A stretch of DNA of 64,000 nucleotides from Neocallimastix sp. 'constans' (taxonomy: Eukaryota), in assembly GCA_050613775.1 (NCBI GenBank), contig JBODTK010000122.1, positions 372,001-436,000 of the forward strand, read 5' to 3'. The translations under genes were made by a program, and so were the position numbers. The notes beneath the pieces are model-generated. The model was not told the DNA's origin and ran no database searches. It was given only the letters and a program-made list of their open reading frames with translations. This document shows positions 57,150 to 64,000 of the stretch, one piece after another; within the stretch, counting starts at the first letter, position 1; each line of letters opens with the position of its first letter.

Positions 57150-58486
57150 ATTCCATCCATTGGTATTCCAACTCTGACAAAAAGAAAATTTTTCTGTGTT
57201 AGAATATGAAATTGGATTCTGAGAATTAAGATTAGGTATATTGGGAGCATTGAGTTCATGATTTGCCATTTATAACATTTGCTAAATTAGTTGAACTGAG
57301 ATTTACTTAGTTTGTATTATTGGATGTGTTATTAGATACTAAATTTTGTTTTTTTAAAATGCTAAAGAGCAATCCTATGATTCCATTTGGAACATCTACC
57401 ATATGAAATTTTTAACTCCTGTAATTGATTTTTCTAATATTTTTTTCAAATTTTTCATGGCTGAAATTTGGAGTGCATACTTTTATCCTGATGAAACTAT
57501 CATTGAATTTAGTAATTTTTTTTCACTGACAAAATTATCCTTGAATTTTTTTTGTAAATCTTGAATGAATAAATTCCTTCATTTTAGTAATTGGTTCATG
57601 AGCGTACGTACAACGAATAAAAATCAACCATGTATTGTCGATAGATGTTCCATATCAGCGAGAACCCCGGTGATATATCTTTTCCATAGTGAGCTATAAA
57701 TTATAAATTGATAAAAAAATTGAAATCAATATAAACTAAAATACTAAAAATATAAGAAATATAGATGATATAAATAAAAATATATTAAAAAAAATAAATA
57801 TGGAAAAATTAAAAAAAAAAAAAAAATTAAAATAATTTAAATTAATATGAAGTTTTTTCTTTGTGTAGAAATTCAATTTATGAATTTTATTGTAATGAAT
57901 AATCTCTTGTGTTGAGTTTTTGATGTTCTATTCGATTAATAAAGTTTGATTAATGTAATAATTTTCTTTAAAAATAATCATATATAAACTAAGATGGAAA
58001 AGTAAATAAAATATTAGTAGTGAAAAACTATAAAACAATTCCCATCCATTAAATAAAGTCTTAAACACAAGCTTCGGAATAAATCAATCTCCTACATTTC
58101 CATTTTATAATAGATACATGAGAGTTTAAATAATACTATAGAACATATAACAAAATAATGCTAATGAAAAAAAAAAAAAAAAAATACAATAGATTCATTA
58201 CAATGATAATATGTAGAAACTACATGATATTATTAATTATACAACTCTAATATTACTACATATCCAGTTTAAAAACAATATAAAACATCGGGTTCACTTT
58301 CTATAGTCTTCCAGTATTCCAATTTTCTCTCTTCGTACTAGAAGCCACTTTAGAAAGGATAACCATCCATTATCATCAGAATCACAGAAAACTGAAATTA
58401 GTACATTTGGTGTAGGCTATTCCTTTATTCCTTTTCCGTCAACCCTCCATGGACCTTGGAAAAACAGTCCATATCATTGGCGGGGG
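54668..58486 (-). mobile_element. Degenerate 5'-complete LINE lacking the RT domain
   Basis: 14-bp TSD GATCAATAATTCAA at 54654-54667 and 58487-58500. A-tail at 54668-54676. ORF start near 57687 (MEKIYHRGSR*YG...LIFI versus MSTIRRGLRHYG...LIFI). APE remnants SWNTNGW, ILLSDFN and SDH, then a jump to C-terminal FYWDRD, CPC and NFLLDGR...EWDVLFK. No RT motifs seen. Confidence 0.88.
57970..58486 (-). ncRNA. Candidate structured 5' leader RNA of LINE copy 2
   Basis: Minus-strand start reads CCCCCGCC-AAU-GA-UAUGGAC-UGUUUUUCCAAG-GUCCAUG-GA-GGG-UUGA-CGGAAAAGG. Homologous to 17320-17817. Confidence 0.6.
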
Positions 58487-59313
58487 GATCAATAATTCAA
58501 AGATAGCTAAATTAGCGAAGTCCATGATCAGATTCCTGCAATCGCAGCTTATTTTAGGTCTCTCTCTAGGAGCGATTTTCTTGGATGGTATGATAACGGT
58601 TACTACATTTATAATATTTTTAATTTTTTTTTTTCCTTTTGAGGATTCTATTATTATCACTGACCATTTAGCTGACTAACATTTCCGGCGGATCAAAACT
58701 GAATATAAGAAACTCTTATTATGATTAAATTAATAAACAAATTTCAAAAGAATTGTTAAACTATTAAAATCTTTAAACATTATTTACTAAATATCGTAGC
58801 TATTGTCTTTAAAAATATATAGTATACTACATTATTAAATGATAAAAAAAAAAATCTCTATTTGATAATATTATTCAGCCTAACCTTAAATGCTACTAAT
58901 AGTGATAGACTTTTATAGAAAAATGATTATAAATAACATATATTGACATATTCCTAAATGGATAGGTCATTCTTAATATAAAAGCAATAAAATAAATAAT
59001 TAAATCCATAATAAAAAAAAAAAAGTAAATATCATTTCTGATTTTAAATATTATATTTAACAGATTAATAATTCATTAAAGATTGTTAATATCAAAATTC
59101 AATATATAAAATACTAAACATTCATTAAATATTAAAGATATAAACACCAATAAAGAAAAAACACTTAAAGTATAATAGCACTGTCAGGATTATAATATTG
59201 AACAGCCTTAATGAATATACAAAAAAAATCTTTTAAATAATTGAACAAGTGAATATTTAATGATAAAATGAATTAAAATAAAGATTTTCAGTCCGAAATG
59301 GGTATATAATTTC

Positions 59314-59349
<36 letters not shown>

Positions 59350-59599
59350 AAGTCATACGGCCACTTTTACCATAAAAATGGGCATACTATTGATAACTAT
59401 TTTTTCGACTTATCCAATTCACCAAAGAAGTATCTATGGGGGAGAAAAGAAGAGTAATAATAGATGAAGATATAAAAATAAAAGTAAAAAAAAAAAAAAA
59501 AAAAAAATTGTTTATCATCAATCGTGGTAAATTTTTCTGAAATACAGGCTATAGTTACATTTGATAGTAAAGTTTCATTCTTTTCTTAAGTAACTTTCA

Positions 59600-59900
59600 T
59601 AGTTAATAATATTTTTATTGTCTTTACTTTTTCATTCAAGAAAAGACATCTAATAAGATGTTTTTTATACCAGGTTCGTAACAAATATCAATACCTTAAG
59701 AAGCTACCAATTAAACACTATCTCGTCTGTTTTTTTAGTTTTTCAAAGAATGTTTACTATTCATAATTTCATATATACTTGAATTGGTTCTACTTCCAGT
59801 TATTGATTTTAAAGAACACCGTTGTTATGTTTAAAAATTTTTATTTTATTTTTCTTGAATAATGGACTGAAGTTAAAGACAACGGTTACTATAGTGACCT
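59600..59900 (-). mobile_element. Highly degenerate Ty3/gypsy-type RNase H remnant
   Basis: Minus strand at about 59635-59690 reads DICYEPGIKNILLDVFS, resembling the I-x-Y-x-PG-x2-N-x2-ADALSR motif. A VHYSRK-like peptide lies upstream near 59860. Confidence 0.45.
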
Positions 59901-60327
59901 TTCCCTTCACAATAGAAACCTGTTTTAATAGTTAGACATTTCATTTTACTAGTAAGATTTTCCATTTCAAACATCTATGTTAATTATTTTTGATTCTTTA
60001 GGGTCTAATTTCTTTGATTAAGGTACAGAGGATGAAATTACATTCGAAGTTATTATTACTATAATGATTACATTGATGGAAGTTTTCATGATTTGTAGAT
60101 CTATAACAGGATGTATTATTGATATGGATATAACACCAATTTCTTGGTATTCAAAATTATAGTGCTGTGTTTTCGATTATCAATTTGCAGAAAGCGAATA
60201 TTATAGCTTAAACGAATGTACTTTGAAATATATGTGACCAAAATATTTTTTAAATGAATTAAATATTAATGCAAAAGAATATAGAAATTAAAGTGGACAA
60301 TAAAGCAGCAATTTATAAAAGATTAAA

Positions 60328-60438
60328 TAATTAATTGAATATAAATGTATTTTTAAATAAATGTTAATAAACGTATTAAAAAATTTATTTTTTGTTTATT
60401 AACATTTATTTAAAAATACATTTATATTCAATTAATTA
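60328..60438. repeat. Perfect 45-bp inverted repeat with 21-nt spacer
   Basis: TAATTAATTGAATATAAATGTATTTTTAAATAAATGTTAATAAAC (60328-60372) and its reverse complement (60394-60438). Confidence 0.95.
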
Positions 60439-61407
60439 AGATTTATTATTATTAATGAAAATAAACAAAGTGATAATTTTATTAGCATTTATTATTATTA
60501 TTAATAATAATAAAAAATTTAATAAATAAAGTGATAATTTTATAAGAATAAGATTTAATTAATCAATGTTAAATTTTTTATACCTTAAATAGGAATAATT
60601 AATAAAATAAAATAAAAAAAAAAAGTTCTTTTTTTTGTATCATTTCCTTTTGTAGAAAAATAGAAAATGTAATGAATAAAGTATTTATTTATCTATTTTT
60701 TCTTTTATTTCTTTTATTTCTTTATTTCTTTTATTTCTTTATTTCTTTCTTTCTTTCTTTCTTTAATTATATTTTTTATTTTTATTTTTATAAATATTTT
60801 TATTTTATTCATATTTATTATTTCTTTTTTTTTTTAAATAATTTGAATTGCCTGCTTTTAAAAATAATATTTTTTTATTTAAATAATTTATAATTATCTT
60901 AATATTAAGTATTAAATGAGATTTTATTTATTTATTTTTTTTTTTTTTTTTTTTAAAAAAGATAAATACCAATATTTTATAATTTAAAGTTACTAAAAAA
61001 ATTAACATATAATAATTTTTGATATATTTAAAGAATTCATGAATAAACCTATCTATTAGATAATGATTAATTTTTTTTTTTTAAGATTAATTGATTTAAC
61101 TAATATAGTATTTATTTTTTATTCTTATTTTAATTTTATCATAAGAAATAATAATAATAAGAAAATTTTTTTTATTCATTAGTAATAAACATATGTAATA
61201 AAGATGAATATGGGAGTGCCAAGAATTTGAATAAAAAATATTGAATTGATGTGGAATAATTTATGGTTGTACAATTTTTTGATATAAATATAAATATAAA
61301 TATAAAAATAAATTTAAATATATATAAATATAAACATAAATTTAAATATAAATATAAATATATATAAATTTAAATATAAATTTAAATATATATAAATATA
61401 AATATAA

Positions 61408-61438
<31 letters not shown>

Positions 61439-61714
61439 AATATTTATATATATATAAATATAAATATAAATATGAATATAAATATAAAATATAAATATAA
61501 ATATAAATATGAATATATTAATATTAAGATCTTTAAATAATTTTAATCTTATAAATATTAATATCATTTTATCTTTTTAATTTTATAAATATTAATATCA
61601 TTTTATCTTTTTAATATTTTTTATTTTTATTTAATAAAAAAATTTTTATATAATTGTTATATATTTATATATTTAAATTTAAATTAGAAAGTGTTTTGAG
61701 TCTTTTAAATTTTA

Positions 61715-61761
<47 letters not shown>

Positions 61762-61960
61762 GTATTAAATATTAAAATATAGAATAAGTAAATATTATTT
61801 CTAAAAATTTTGTATCTACATTATTTTATAAGTTTTAGAGATTCATATATATATAAAAAAAACAGTCCTTTAATAATTTTTAATATTGCTATAAAAATGA
61901 ATAATTATTAAAAGAAATTTTGATAGATTTAAATTTGAATGTTTTTACTATATGGTTTTA

Positions 61961-61999
<39 letters not shown>

Positions 62000-62744
62000 A
62001 AAAAGCCTAAAAATCTAATAAATAATAGTTTTATTCATAATTATGTATGATAATACTATGAATACTAAACTATTAGGAAATAATAAATAGAATAACCCAT
62101 TATTTAAATTTTTTTTTTTTTTTTTTACATTTTATATATTAAAAAAAAAAAAATATTAAATAATAATAATAAAAGAAAAGGTTATTATAGAGTAGAAAAA
62201 TAATTTAATTAAATATTAATAAGAAGGTTACAACATATTTAATATACTATATTAAAATGATCATGATAGCAGTAAAAATAATGAAATTCAAATAAAAAGC
62301 AATGCATTTTGGTAGTAAATGAAGCATCAAATAAAGGGTATCAAGTTTTTTTTAAGTATCTTTATTATTTAAAATATTTTCTATTACTGTTAATAAATTA
62401 TAAGGTATTTCATTAATAGTTAAATGCACTTGTACATATTAGTATATATTATATAGATAAAGTGATATTAATACATAAATTAAATGTGTTCATATAAATA
62501 AAATAGGTAATAAAAATTTTTAAAGCATTGATAAAAAAAAATATGAATTAAAGCATACTATTTTTTTATATATATATATATTATATACTATAAAAATTGT
62601 TTGAATTTATATTTAATTGATGGATTAATGTTTATAATTATAATTCTTTAGATTATAGTGATAAATACATATGAAATTATTAATTTTTTTTTTTTATAAT
62701 GATAAATACATATGAAATTATTAATTTTTTTTTATTTAATTAAA

Positions 62745-62788
<44 letters not shown>

Positions 62789-63151
62789 TATTTAAATTTA
62801 GCATTTTCTTTTTCATTCATTTCTTTTCCAATATGAACTTTTTTGTCTATGATATGATAAAATAATATTTTTTATAATTAAATCTATTAATAATTAATAT
62901 ATAAAATGTAGTTTATATATTAGTGTAGTTAATTAAATTAAATTCATTAGATAATATAAAAATCAACCAATTACAATATATAAAACTAATTAAATTTATA
63001 TAAAAATATTTAAATGAAATCATATACTTTAATACTTTTAACTTTAAAATTTATAAAGAAAATTTTTTTTATTTTATTAAGGTACATTATTAGAGACATA
63101 TTATTGGTTGAAATGAACAGAATTATTTGAATTGATTATAAAAAAAATTTT

Positions 63152-63377
<226 letters not shown>

Positions 63378-64000
63378 CTATTAATATATATATAAATATA
63401 AATAAATAAAGAGTATAAATAATTAAATAAAATAAAATAAAATAAAATAATTGTAATCTACTTAATAAACCTTTCAAAATATATAATTTATCTAAAAGAA
63501 TAAAAGAACGTGATGTAATAAAATAGAATGATTATTGTAAAAACTTAATAAAATGAAAAGAAAAAAAGAAAAAAAAAGAAACAAGTAAATTTTTGGTACA
63601 AAAAAATATAAATATTAATATTTTTATTAAAATTTAATAATTTTTTCTATTTTTTTTTTTTTTTTTTAAAAAAATTATTATATTTTATTTAATATATATA
63701 TAGAATATATATTATATATTATATATTATATATTCATAATATATACAATTTATTTTATTTAATTTTTTATTTACTATACTTTTCAAAGTTTCCCTATATT
63801 TCTCCTATATATTACTTTTATGATTGAAGTTAATAATAAATAGAATTAAAAAATTTTTTTTTTTTTAATTAAAGATAAAATAATAAAAGTTTCGTTGTTA
63901 CTTTCAAATTTTTATTATTCATATATTAAAGAAAATGAAGATATAATTTATTGAAAATTAAAATTAATAATTATAATTATTCAAAAGAAATCATTACAAC

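Overview
Extremely AT-rich, gene-poor eukaryotic DNA with long homopolymers and microsatellites. Composition and the expanded intronless ankyrin genes suggest an anaerobic gut fungus (Neocallimastigomycota; inference). Host genes: an ankyrin-type protein (39-1988), two tandem 57-aa PMP3-family proteolipid genes missed by the ORF track (6424-6597, 8696-8869), two divergent Ecl1-family zinc-binding genes (19156-19782 intronless; 46053-47507 with one intron), and a 736-aa ankyrin gene beside a pseudogenised paralog holding a ~750-bp AAT expansion. The main mobile content is non-LTR retrotransposons. Two TSD-bounded, 5'-complete but internally deleted single-ORF LINEs (13759-17817 and 54668-58486, both minus strand) lie here, plus a nest of 3' fragments at 9.8-13.7 kb. 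Most notable: both LINEs begin, right at their TSD-defined 5' ends, with a shared ~500-nt leader that is far more conserved than their ORFs. The leader opens with a canonical kink-turn whose capping loop can form a pseudoknot, followed by a multi-hairpin domain. It is a candidate undescribed retrotransposon structured RNA. All structures were folded by eye and are unverified.
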